Shown here piece after piece: positions 1 to 9,372 of a stretch of DNA of 32,000 bases; the first letter of the stretch is position 1; each line of letters opens with the position of its first letter. A model generated the notes under the pieces. It saw only the letters and a program-made list of their open reading frames with translations. It was not told where the DNA came from and did no database searches. Source of the DNA: Amoeboradix gromovi X-113 (Eukaryota > Fungi > Sanchytriomycota); the NCBI GenBank assembly GCA_018985225.1, contig JADGIF010000029.1, forward strand, positions 973 through 32,972. The letters are read 5' to 3'. The position numbers and the translations under genes were made by a program.

Positions 1-2193
1 GGTCCTAGTAAACTTGTCCTTGACATCCCACAATCTTACGGCCTTAAGTCTGTCCTCGCATATACCTCTCACTTGTGCTTTAGGTACATTCTTAAGTTCT
101 GCATACAGTTCTATATGCTCCATTGCTGTTAAATCTGCAAATAGCAAGTCAAATTGTGGGCATATTCCCATGAGTGATTGAATACTTCCAATGCTGTTTT
201 TTATTGAATAGTTGTAAATCAAACCATCTCCATTACTGCTTTGTGATAAACCTGCTATGATATTCATTGTTGTGGATTTACCTGCCCCATTCTTTCCTAG
301 TAATGCCAAAAGCTTAGACTGTGGAAACACAAAGCACAGTGACTTGACAGCGCTCTTCACAGTATTCCTACTTTTATACTCCTTGTTCAAGTGTGTAATT
401 CTTATCGGGTACTCTCCAATTGTAGTTGCTAAATTCACTTGATTCATTACGTCCTCGGGTAAATCAGTATTGAATTTTACTGCTTGTTTCTGCGTTCTTT
501 TTAACACATTATCTAACCATGATTGAACGTTGACCTTGCTGTTCACTACGCCACCCATGGATGGTATGCAATTTAACCAGAATTGAGGAGTAAGCAAGAA
601 GTATACTGGCTGTTTGCTGCCAAACTCATCTGGTATAATCTTGTCAAAGTACCAAGCAAGCGCATAATAAAGTATGATGTTCATCAAAAGCAACAAGAAT
701 GCCTCGCTTGTTGGTGGGATGTCATAAGTCGTAGATGCGTCAAATCCCCGAGGCAAGTATGAGCTAGGAAGTGTGTTTGCCACATTATCCCATGTATAGC
801 CTGGCCCTTTGACATATATACGAGTTATTGGATCCAGCGCACCAGTAGTTAATTGCGAAATATCTAAATAGATCTTACCGAAATTGAAGAATGGCAAGAA
901 CATAAATATGTATTTTATCCAATATGAGCTGCCCATGGTACTAGACCACCAAATGTACCCTAGAGTGGTATTACCAAATATGATTAACTGAAAGAACAGA
1001 CCAATTATGATCACGAATATAGCACATAGAATGGACTGCGAGGTATTTCTAAACAATGAACTTATGGTAAACCCCAGTGCTACCATGGCTAAACCGAACA
1101 TAGTGTACATCAGTAGAATAATAAAGAAGTTGCAGTATTTGAAGAATTCGAAACCACATATTAAACCCATTACAGTTGTGACTAGAGCGTTAACAAGAAC
1201 CATAATAAAAGCAGTTACAAACCAGGTAAAAAAGTATACCGATGGCTTCAAACCCATCATTTCCATAGCATTTCTCAACCTATCATTTTTCTCAGTGGAC
1301 AATGTGTTTATAATACCAAGAAATATTGCGATTTGCATACAAAAGAAAAATAAAGGACCTAAAGACTTCACAATACGGTCACTTAGTTCTTCAGAGCTAG
1401 GTTTAGGTTGGGGCCAGTCCTTTAGCTTCATGTTAATAGACATTTGGTTGGTTGTTGTGTCTAAATTGAAGGAGTTGCGAGCCAAAGATAAAACTGTTTC
1501 ATCCATATTTCTGGCGACGCTGAGCAACTGGTCACCATATATATCTGTACCGTTTTTAGCAATACTAGCATTATACCAAATTTGGTACTTAATGTTCTTA
1601 TCGGCTATGTTGTTGTTTGAGTTCCAAAAAAATTGAATTCCATATAGCGTTTGGTTGGGATGGTTTAAAATAAAATCGCTGAGATCTTTTTCAGTAGCAA
1701 CAGATCCTACACCTGTGTTTTGGTTAATAGGATCATCCCATTTAAATTTAGAAGATCCGACACTAAACAGATCGTCACCGCCATGTCGAATATTGTATGC
1801 GTTGAACTGCTTCATAACCTTATCTGTCAAATCATTTGAGGGTGTATACATGACAGTAACACATGGCTTGGTGGAATAGCATTGTTTTATGCCGCCAATC
1901 TCATACGCTTGAGGATATTGGATAACTGACAACTGGTTACTGTAATCTATGGCTTGAAGAACTAGAAGCAAGAGCATAAGTAGTATAGGAGCAACTATAG
2001 CTTGGCACAAACTAGCCTTGTAGTATCTGAATTGTAATTTTAAGTTACGTTTCATCAAGGTTTTACTCTGAGAAGCAATTTTAATAAAAGAGTTTTGGTT
2101 AACAATAACTGCATGAGCTTCTGATTCAGGGATATGAATTTTGACCAATGGGTCAGAATTAACTTCAGCAGGTGCTGTTGAAGACGAATTCAT
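1..2193 (-). CDS. ABCA-subfamily ABC transporter, 5' part (continues past the left window edge)
   Basis: Minus-strand frame from ATG at 2193 (MNSSSTAPAE...KTLMKRNLKLQFRY). It has TM segments, Walker A LLGKNGAGKSTT (~270-303) and the ABCA-typical MGICPQFDLLFADLTAMEHIELYA. It is absent from the ORF track because no stop codon falls inside the window. Confidence 0.92.
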   Translation of the reverse strand, partial: MNSSSTAPAEVNSDPLVKIHIPESEAHAVIVNQNSFIKIASQSKTLMKRNLKLQFRYYKASLCQAIVAPILLMLLLLVLQAIDYSNQLSVIQYPQAYEIGGIKQCYSTKPCVTVMYTPSNDLTDKVMKQFNAYNIRHGGDDLFSVGSSKFKWDDPINQNTGVGSVATEKDLSDFILNHPNQTLYGIQFFWNSNNNIADKNIKYQIWYNASIAKNGTDIYGDQLLSVARNMDETVLSLARNSFNLDTTTNQMSINMKLKDWPQPKPSSEELSDRIVKSLGPLFFFCMQIAIFLGIINTLSTEKNDRLRNAMEMMGLKPSVYFFTWFVTAFIMVLVNALVTTVMGLICGFEFFKYCNFFIILLMYTMFGLAMVALGFTISSLFRNTSQSILCAIFVIIIGLFFQLIIFGNTTLGYIWWSSTMGSSYWIKYIFMFLPFFNFGKIYLDISQLTTGALDPITRIYVKGPGYTWDNVANTLPSSYLPRGFDASTTYDIPPTSEAFLLLLMNIILYYALAWYFDKIIPDEFGSKQPVYFLLTPQFWLNCIPSMGGVVNSKVNVQSWLDNVLKRTQKQAVKFNTDLPEDVMNQVNLATTIGEYPIRITHLNKEYKSRNTVKSAVKSLCFVFPQSKLLALLGKNGAGKSTTMNIIAGLSQSSNGDGLIYNYSIKNSIGSIQSLMGICPQFDLLFADLTAMEHIELYAELKNVPKAQVRGICEDRLKAVRLWDVKDKFTRT

Positions 2194-2683
2194 AATTTTG
2201 AACTGTTTCAGATCTAGTCACGCAAATCGCCAAGATTTTGTTAAGTGTTACGACGTTTTAATCGTTTCATAGAGTGAAATTGTAATCCAAGCAGGATTAA
2301 AAATCTCAAATCAATTAATTTTAATAAATGCTCATGCACTAGTGCTTGCAACGCAGCTAAGTGTCATTACATTCTCTGAATCTGTACGTAAATGCCGCAG
2401 CATTCAGCAATCTTTATTTACCACCTGAATCTCTTTGACTTTATTATGGTTACATAAGCCTCTTGATTTTAATTAAAAATGGTATAAAAATATGGTTCAA
2501 CTGTCATTTGAACCATCAAACCAAGAACATTAAGGTTTAGCATTTCATAGTTCATCAGATACAGAATCTATTAAGCTTGCAAATATGGTGCAAGTACAAT
2601 CTATTGTGGCTCAACCAAATGATTTTTGCATTTTTTTATAATCAAAAGCTTTAACTTTCTGCGCATTAGGAATTCTAAAACAG

Positions 2684-4384
2684 ATGTCAACTCCACCCAT
2701 ACTATCTCAATCGTCATCATCAGAGTCGCTCATTCCAGAGGGCAGACAAGAGTTTAATGAAAATAACCTCAGCTCTTCATTAACAGGTACAATTCATTCT
2801 TCTTTTGCAGCCGATGTTCAGGATCAGTTTATTAAGGAATTTAATAAAACAAGAGATGAAAAGTTGACTCCAAATGCATTACTAGGAACTTATGAGCTAC
2901 GAAAAAACAAGTCAACCCCTGATCTTCGTGATGTTGACACCTCTTCAAAGCTACTAGGGCCTGGTAGATTCCGGAGACATCACATCAATAGCAATGAGTT
3001 CGATGTTAGTAGTAGTTTGGGACAGGCTTTAACACCCAGCACTTTGGATTTTATTCTGCTATATGGCAATTTCGCAGGTGGCTATTATTTTGAAGAATCT
3101 TCTGATGAAGACATAGATGAGGAACAAGCCTTACTAGGGTCCCCTTCCCGTGAGCTTCAAAGAATTACAGGCGCGTCAGTCAAAAAAACTTATTTTCTGC
3201 TAATGAAATCATTTATTGGAACTGGGATTCTTTTCCTACCCCGTGCATTCTTAAATGGTGGTTTAATCTTTTCTGTGATCTCTCTGCTAACCGTAGCTTT
3301 CCTGACTAATTGGGGTATGCTGCTGGTCATCCAGGTAACTCAGGAAATCCCTAATAAATCGTTTGGTGATGTCGCTCTATCTCTATATGGCCCTAAAGCT
3401 AAGGTTGTTGTATTGATGTCTATAATTTTCTCTCAACTAGGGTTTTGCATATCTTATTTTGTCTTTGTTGCACATAACTTAAGAGATGCCATTAGCCTAT
3501 GGACTAACTGTGCAGTGCAACTTAATGAAACCTGGCTTATATTTGGTCAAATAATATTTTATATTCCCTTGTCTTTAGTTCGCAAAATTCACTATTTCTC
3601 TTATACTTCTATAATTGCTGATTTGTTTATATTGGCAGGTGTTTGTTACGTTTTAGCAGGTGATTTTGATATGTTTAGCAATCTACCAACGGTTCAATAC
3701 ATCAACTCTCCTGATAAAATCGCACTATTCCTGGGCACTGCTGTATACACATTTGAAGGAGTAGGCCTTATTATTCCTATATCTCAGAGTATGGCAGAAC
3801 CCCTTAAAATGCCGAAAGTCCTCTCTCTGTGTATGTTTACCGTTTCAGTCGTGTATACGTTTGTTGGGGCTGTATCATACATGTCGTTTGGTGAAAAGAC
3901 AGAGACGATAATACTTTTGAACTTAAAGGCTACCCCAATGCTAAGTGTGATCCAAATGCTTTATGTCTTAGCAATTATCTTGAGTCTTCCCTTGCAGTTA
4001 TTTCCAGCTCTTAGAATATTGGAACAAGGAATATTTCCCCCAGAAGTTTATAACGGTAAGCATAATGTATTTCATAAATGGCAAAAGAACATCTTTAGGA
4101 TCGGCCTTGTTTCAATTCTAAGTTTTGTCGCATGGGCTGGACAACAGCAGTTGGAGTTGTTGGTTACTTTTATAGGGGCTTTTGCTTGTATTCCGCTGAG
4201 CTTCTGTTGGCCTGCTGTTTTACATTTCAAGGCTGTTGCTGCCACTAGATTTGAGAAGACTAAGGATGTTTGTCTATTCATATTTGGATTAAGCGGAATG
4301 TTAATTGTATGCGCTATAGCATTCCAAAAATGGGCTAGTGGTATACAAGATATCCCACTAAACCGATGTTCACCAATAAACTAA
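2684..4384 (+). CDS. Vacuolar amino-acid transporter, Aa_trans/AAAP family (Avt3/Avt4-like)
   Basis: Long hydrophilic N-terminus with GRFRRHH, then LLMKSFIGTGILFLPRAFLNGG and GTAVYTFEGVGLIIPI, with about 11 TM helices. Confidence 0.93.
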   Translation: MSTPPILSQSSSSESLIPEGRQEFNENNLSSSLTGTIHSSFAADVQDQFIKEFNKTRDEKLTPNALLGTYELRKNKSTPDLRDVDTSSKLLGPGRFRRHHINSNEFDVSSSLGQALTPSTLDFILLYGNFAGGYYFEESSDEDIDEEQALLGSPSRELQRITGASVKKTYFLLMKSFIGTGILFLPRAFLNGGLIFSVISLLTVAFLTNWGMLLVIQVTQEIPNKSFGDVALSLYGPKAKVVVLMSIIFSQLGFCISYFVFVAHNLRDAISLWTNCAVQLNETWLIFGQIIFYIPLSLVRKIHYFSYTSIIADLFILAGVCYVLAGDFDMFSNLPTVQYINSPDKIALFLGTAVYTFEGVGLIIPISQSMAEPLKMPKVLSLCMFTVSVVYTFVGAVSYMSFGEKTETIILLNLKATPMLSVIQMLYVLAIILSLPLQLFPALRILEQGIFPPEVYNGKHNVFHKWQKNIFRIGLVSILSFVAWAGQQQLELLVTFIGAFACIPLSFCWPAVLHFKAVAATRFEKTKDVCLFIFGLSGMLIVCAIAFQKWASGIQDIPLNRCSPIN

Positions 4385-4673
4385 TTACATTTCAATTTTG
4401 ACATGATTTCATTATTTGAGACAAAAGTATGAAATGGCTTTATTTTTTGAATGTATTTATCAATCATTAGAGCTGGTAGACTTAAATGGTTGTGATATGT
4501 AAAATTAAGGATATAAGGGCTAAGCGGTAAGTTTTACTAAACCCACTAAAACTACTTGTGCAGTGACTAACGGCTTGAAAATTGATTTTGATGGCCTAAT
4601 TTATTACAGAGTTCGCTCTACTAGCATAAAAGAGAGAGGGTTTACCTATCCAAATACCATATTTTTAACATTT

Positions 4674-5183
4674 GGGACACCAAATATAAAAACTAGACTA
4701 ACTCGTTTTTAAAGGAGGTGCTCCATACTGAGGAAATCATTAATAAAAGATCTTCTATTATACCAATTTTCTTTCATTGATTGTATTCCCCTCTTCAAAA
4801 TAAAACTAGAAAACCCTGCATCTCGTTCATATATATGAGGTCTTTGAGCATCTAAGCAAAAGGTGTATTTTCTTAGACGGTACTCTTTCTTCATTTCATT
4901 TAGTGTTATACTAACATCATTACTCTTATCTATTCTAATTTTTACAGGGTAATAGTGATATTTTATTTGAAGTAAAGATTGGATGAAAGAGTAAGAGAAT
5001 AGCTGTACAGAATATTTATTTTTGAAATTTCGATACAAAAAGTTATTTATTTTTCTTTCATACTCGTCAACTCCGCAACTAGCTGAATGTCCACTCGCCT
5101 CTTGAATCCATAAAATTAATAAAGCTGAAATAATGTTCCAATTTGTTACAGAAAGTTAGTCCAGTTTTTATATTTGATGTCCC
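4674..5183. mobile_element. 510-bp non-autonomous TIR element (Sola1-type ends)
   Basis: 30-bp TIRs: gggacaccaaatataaaaactagactaact (4674-4703) and the reverse complement of 5154-5183, with 2 mismatches. Flanks are ATTT and ATAT (AWWT). The same TIR bounds the element at 19130-22866. Confidence 0.85.
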
Positions 5184-5382
5184 ATATGTAAGTAGAAAAC
5201 AATAAATTATCGCTCTAGGAGCTCCACGTTTTCTAGCTGTGGTGATTTGCAGAAGCATGTCACAGATGAAAAAAAGAATGTTAAAAGTCTGTGCAATCCA
5301 AACATTCTAGAAAGAAGGAAAACTGAGAAATAGAATTCATGAAATTGCGATTAAGAATTTATTCAACTGGAATCGGTGACTA

Positions 5383-7467
5383 CTATTTGGAACTGCCTCG
5401 CCTTACTCTTATAACTGGAGATGTCCATGTTGTATAATGATTCTTATTGTAAACATTGCCCAAGGGTTTCTGCGCAATCATCTTAAAGTAGTATTCACCA
5501 TCTACGATTGGAAGCCATTTGGTCATCTCCTTGTCAGTTGCATAGCATCCCTCGCAGTACTGGCCATTCTCAAAATATTTAGTGAAGTTGTACGTCTTGT
5601 GAGATGATTTCAGATCTTCAAACTCGCCGTCATAGTTTCTAATGTTTTTCTCGTAATGAGTAATACCAAGCGAGGTGTTTGTTTTCTTACTTATCACTTG
5701 AATTTGCAATGCTTCTACTGGATGCTGAAAACTAACCCATAAATTCACGCTATTTTCATCTGTAAAGTTTGTTGTAATTGTGCCACTCTCTTTCCCGACT
5801 GGACTAGTCGAGTATCTTAAACTGCTATGGTCTAATAAATTGTGAACCATACTCGGACTCTGCGGTTGGAACACTAATCTCTCTTGATAGTTACCTTTGT
5901 AGCCTGCATATGGAACAAATAGTTTCTTTCCATCACCTCCAGTCAAGATGACATATCCACTAAATACCCATCCGTCCCCATTCATCATTTTGCTGTCAGG
6001 ATAGATATAAATGCGCAAAGTTTTGCTTTTACCACTTGGAATTGTTACAGATGCAATCATACTTAGAGTGTGATGAAATGCACGTTGCTCAACTTGCTTA
6101 AATCCTCGTACTGAGAGCGCGTTTAAGTTACTTAAACTATACGTCACGTCAGTAGCTCCATTATTGCTTATTTTGATAGATTTAAACGTACCTCTCCCAA
6201 CTGCACCCAGCTCCAATTTATTAGGCTCAATAACTGTAGTTGTAGATAATAATTGAAATGCATCAACCATTCCGCTTCCTTGTTGCAAGACACTATAAGC
6301 TATATTTGCATTAGCCATTGACGGAGAAGATGTTTGCATTGCTCTGGACGTGAAGTTAACATTCGTCTTGTAAAGTTCAACAAATAACGCAGCAACGCCT
6401 GCAATGTAAGGGCTACTCATAGACGTGCCACTTTTTCTAGCATAGCAAGGCTTATCTGGACACAAAGTGTTAGGAATAGCGCTCAGTATGGCTTGACCAG
6501 GTCCCCCAATTTCTGGTTTAATTTGCAGCTTAGGGCCTGGGCCCCAAGAAGTAAAAGTAGTAGGGATGTAAGTGCCGTTTGGAAATGACCTAAATGCAGC
6601 AACTGCAAACGCATGTTTAGATACTCCTGGAGATCCGCTCATGAATAAACCATACGAACCCGAGTTTCCATTTGAGTTCACGACTATCACCCCATTGTGC
6701 TCTAACTTTGCATATATACTTTCAATTATACCTCCATCCCATCCACTAGGTAACCCCAAGGACAAATTAATGACTTGCATTCCATCTTGGTAGGCTTGAT
6801 CTAGCGCCATATAAACCTGAAAGTAATCTTCATCTTTAGCGCCCTTTTTAAAGACTTTGTACGATCCGTATACAACATTTGGTGCTACGCCATGAATCGT
6901 GTCATCAAGTCCTCCTACAATACCAGCTACATGAGTGCCATGTCCCAATGAATCTAAACAATCTGGCTGTTCACCAGTAAAATCATAGCATTCGATTATG
7001 CGGCAGCCGTTTCCGACACAAACAGTACCATTCTTGTTTCTAAACGCAGAATGAGTGTAATCTATTCCGGTATCTACTATTCCTACTTTTACTTTATTCC
7101 CACTTACACCAAGCCCTGACCATGCGCTTTTTACCTTTGTAATGTCGTGATTATCAAAAATGTTCTCTTCTTCTATGTCAGACACGCTAAACGGCTCAGG
7201 AACTCTAACGAGCACAGATTTTTGAACTTCTCTTACACCTTCGATTCCCTCGACCTTTTCCAGCATTGAGTCTGGAAACTCCACTTTAATGAGATTCGCA
7301 ACATGCGATATCATTTTATGCTCATAAATTCCTATTTTTTTCAAACCTTGAAGAACTTTGTGTTGGGACTTTGCAACATTTTTCTTTGACACGCCGTCTA
7401 TAACTGATCCCTGGCGCACATTAATTATCCAACTGATTGCATTAATGCAGAATACTAAAGAAATCAT
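5383..7467 (-). CDS. Secreted subtilisin-like serine protease (S8) with C-terminal Fn3-like domain
   Basis: Signal peptide, propeptide and catalytic motifs IVDTGID, HGTHVAG and SGTSMSSP. Confidence 0.95.
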   Translation of the reverse strand: MISLVFCINAISWIINVRQGSVIDGVSKKNVAKSQHKVLQGLKKIGIYEHKMISHVANLIKVEFPDSMLEKVEGIEGVREVQKSVLVRVPEPFSVSDIEEENIFDNHDITKVKSAWSGLGVSGNKVKVGIVDTGIDYTHSAFRNKNGTVCVGNGCRIIECYDFTGEQPDCLDSLGHGTHVAGIVGGLDDTIHGVAPNVVYGSYKVFKKGAKDEDYFQVYMALDQAYQDGMQVINLSLGLPSGWDGGIIESIYAKLEHNGVIVVNSNGNSGSYGLFMSGSPGVSKHAFAVAAFRSFPNGTYIPTTFTSWGPGPKLQIKPEIGGPGQAILSAIPNTLCPDKPCYARKSGTSMSSPYIAGVAALFVELYKTNVNFTSRAMQTSSPSMANANIAYSVLQQGSGMVDAFQLLSTTTVIEPNKLELGAVGRGTFKSIKISNNGATDVTYSLSNLNALSVRGFKQVEQRAFHHTLSMIASVTIPSGKSKTLRIYIYPDSKMMNGDGWVFSGYVILTGGDGKKLFVPYAGYKGNYQERLVFQPQSPSMVHNLLDHSSLRYSTSPVGKESGTITTNFTDENSVNLWVSFQHPVEALQIQVISKKTNTSLGITHYEKNIRNYDGEFEDLKSSHKTYNFTKYFENGQYCEGCYATDKEMTKWLPIVDGEYYFKMIAQKPLGNVYNKNHYTTWTSPVIRVRRGSSK

Positions 7468-8054
7468 GAAGAGCAGGGTATGGCGCCTTTTTATGTTGAA
7501 AGATGTTCTTATTGCGTTAGATTACAGAATATGATACAATTACCCCACAAAAAACGTACTCAAGGTTGTACCATATAAGTCTTGCTAAACCATTGCACTA
7601 GTGCGAAAATCGTTTTTAGCTCCAGGAAACTCAAAAAAAGAGGGATCTGCCATGTATAGAGTTTGTACTTCGAGATATTTGCATCAGAAATGGAGTACTA
7701 TCATACTGAAAAATAACAGCGACAAAGTGATTTACTGCACTGAGGTATCTATAAGCACAACGGGAAATGGCGTCCCAAAGACCCAAAGGATGAACTAATA
7801 TAGGGACTTAGTAGAAGAGCATTGGAAATCTGTATTTTTGAACTCGGAACATCCAAGGACTGCTTGAGTTGTTATGGGAAGGAAAAAAATAACGGGGAAA
7901 GTAGATAGCGCCCAGAGAAATTTGTTGTCTATAGCCCGGGTGTTATATATAGGACATTTATACCTCTTTAAGACATAAGCTAGACGATTTTGTCTAGTTT
8001 TTGTAAACTGCGTCAATCTTCTTTCTTATAGAAATCCTGAAGTCAAATCTTAGA

Positions 8055-8639
8055 TCATTTATTTGATTTGGACTTTTTCAAAATTTTAGCAAACTTCAGC
8101 TTCATATCAATATGTTTGACTACTGCTTCCTTGTGCTCCAATTCCAAGGCTTGCTTTTTAAGTATCCTGTCTTGCCTTTCTAATATTTTTGACTGTTTTA
8201 TTTTACTGCTTTCTGCTTCAAAGGCTCTTTTTTCAAGACTCTTGAAAACTTTATGAAACTCGTTCAACATCTTGCTAGTCAACTCTAGCTCACAAGTCTT
8301 AGAATGCAACTCTTCTTTATAATAGGCCTCAGATCCCAGCATATCATTTCGATCACTTTTCACGCTTTGTAACTCCAAAAGTAACTTTTGAATTAATGTC
8401 GACTTTAATGCCATTTCTTCATTATGAGCTGCCAGTTGCTTTTTGTATATATCTAGTTCTTTCTCTATTGCTGCATTTACCTTATATATTGTTTCCAGTT
8501 CTCTTTCAAGCTCTTCTAGTCGAGGAATATCTGAAGTAGACTGGAATCCCGATTTACCTGCAAATTTACTGTCAGTATGTGGCAAGGTCGCTGATATACA
8601 TGAGTAGTAAGAAGTAGCAGAAGAAGATCGAGATTTCAT
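8055..8639 (-). CDS. Hypothetical coiled-coil protein
   Basis: 194-aa ATG ORF with E/K/L-rich heptads and AATAAA next to the stop codon. Confidence 0.7.
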   Translation of the reverse strand: MKSRSSSATSYYSCISATLPHTDSKFAGKSGFQSTSDIPRLEELERELETIYKVNAAIEKELDIYKKQLAAHNEEMALKSTLIQKLLLELQSVKSDRNDMLGSEAYYKEELHSKTCELELTSKMLNEFHKVFKSLEKRAFEAESSKIKQSKILERQDRILKKQALELEHKEAVVKHIDMKLKFAKILKKSKSNK

Positions 8640-8670
8640 GGAGTTATATATCTTGAGGCTTGAAACTAGA

Positions 8671-8785
8671 CCTCATTAAAAGACACGATTTCCGAGAAGA
8701 TTGAGAATTTTCAGAGAAACTAATTACTCCATTAAAGTGACCACTCACGCTTTCACTACCCTCAGGCGGGATTGAATAAGGATAC
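8671..8785 (-). ncRNA. Putative omegaRNA scaffold (copy A)
   Basis: Conserved 3' block downstream of the RuvC-III motif, containing hairpin AGUGA-aa-GC-GUGA-GU-gg-UCACU and ending in GAGG. The 5' boundary is approximate. Confidence 0.55.
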
Positions 8786-9108
8786 GTATATTTGGTGTTA
8801 AATTCCTTGCTGCATATGATCACTATCCACACAAGTTTCACAGAGTCGATGAGTGCGTGCTGTCTATTAGTTATTTCTTTAGATCTTACATATTCAGGAC
8901 CGCGAGACTAGAACAACTTATCATTGATGAATGGTGAGGATATCGCGTTTATCCCATTGGAATTGTCTAGAAAAGAAGAGTATTATTATACAAGAAGAAA
9001 TGTATTCTCGAATAAGACGATCTCTTTTAAAGAAGATGTGGATAGAAAAAGTGACTTCTAAATGTATTGTAAAATTTATGGGAATCTATTTTTTGGTGTT
9101 CAGTGACC
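8671..9108 (-). mobile_element. IS607/Fanzor2-like element, internally deleted copy A
   Basis: The minus strand encodes a decayed TnpA HTH (EYVRSKEITNR..HSSTL*N) joined to a Fanzor tail (DSDHM-AARN..TKYTYPY). It aligns with copies B and C. GG is present at both inferred junctions. The left boundary is less certain than the right. Confidence 0.8.
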
Positions 9109-9372
9109 TGGACAGAGTCTAATGGAAGAGTGTATTTTGAGTCTATTAGCGATTTCTTTAAATTTGACATCTGAGGTCATCGTAGAAATATTTCCGCTAA
9201 GCGTTGCTGCACTTAATATAGTTCTCAGGCACAAAAGACAAATCATATATGATTTAAAAAAGGAAAGTCATTTATTTAATTTCATTTTAATAAATCGATT
9301 ATCGTAATGAACGTATCGATTTGTTTTACCCATGATCCTTTAATAATTTTCAAAACAAAACTCTCATTTCAC

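Noticed and set aside
257-1879. Plus-strand ORFs 257-442, 1007-1636 and 1655-1879
   Set aside because: Antisense shadows of the ABCA transporter gene.
2492-2516. 9-bp perfect hairpin atggttcaa/ttgaaccat
   Set aside because: Isolated, with no tRNA cloverleaf or second copy; plausible by chance.
7601-8016. Short ORFs 7601-7798 and 7795-8016
   Set aside because: Non-ATG starts and no recognisable motifs.
8644-9122. ORFs 8644-8841 (-) and 8931-9122 (+) as standalone genes
   Set aside because: They lie within the decayed IS607/Fanzor copy A and are accidental or partial frames.
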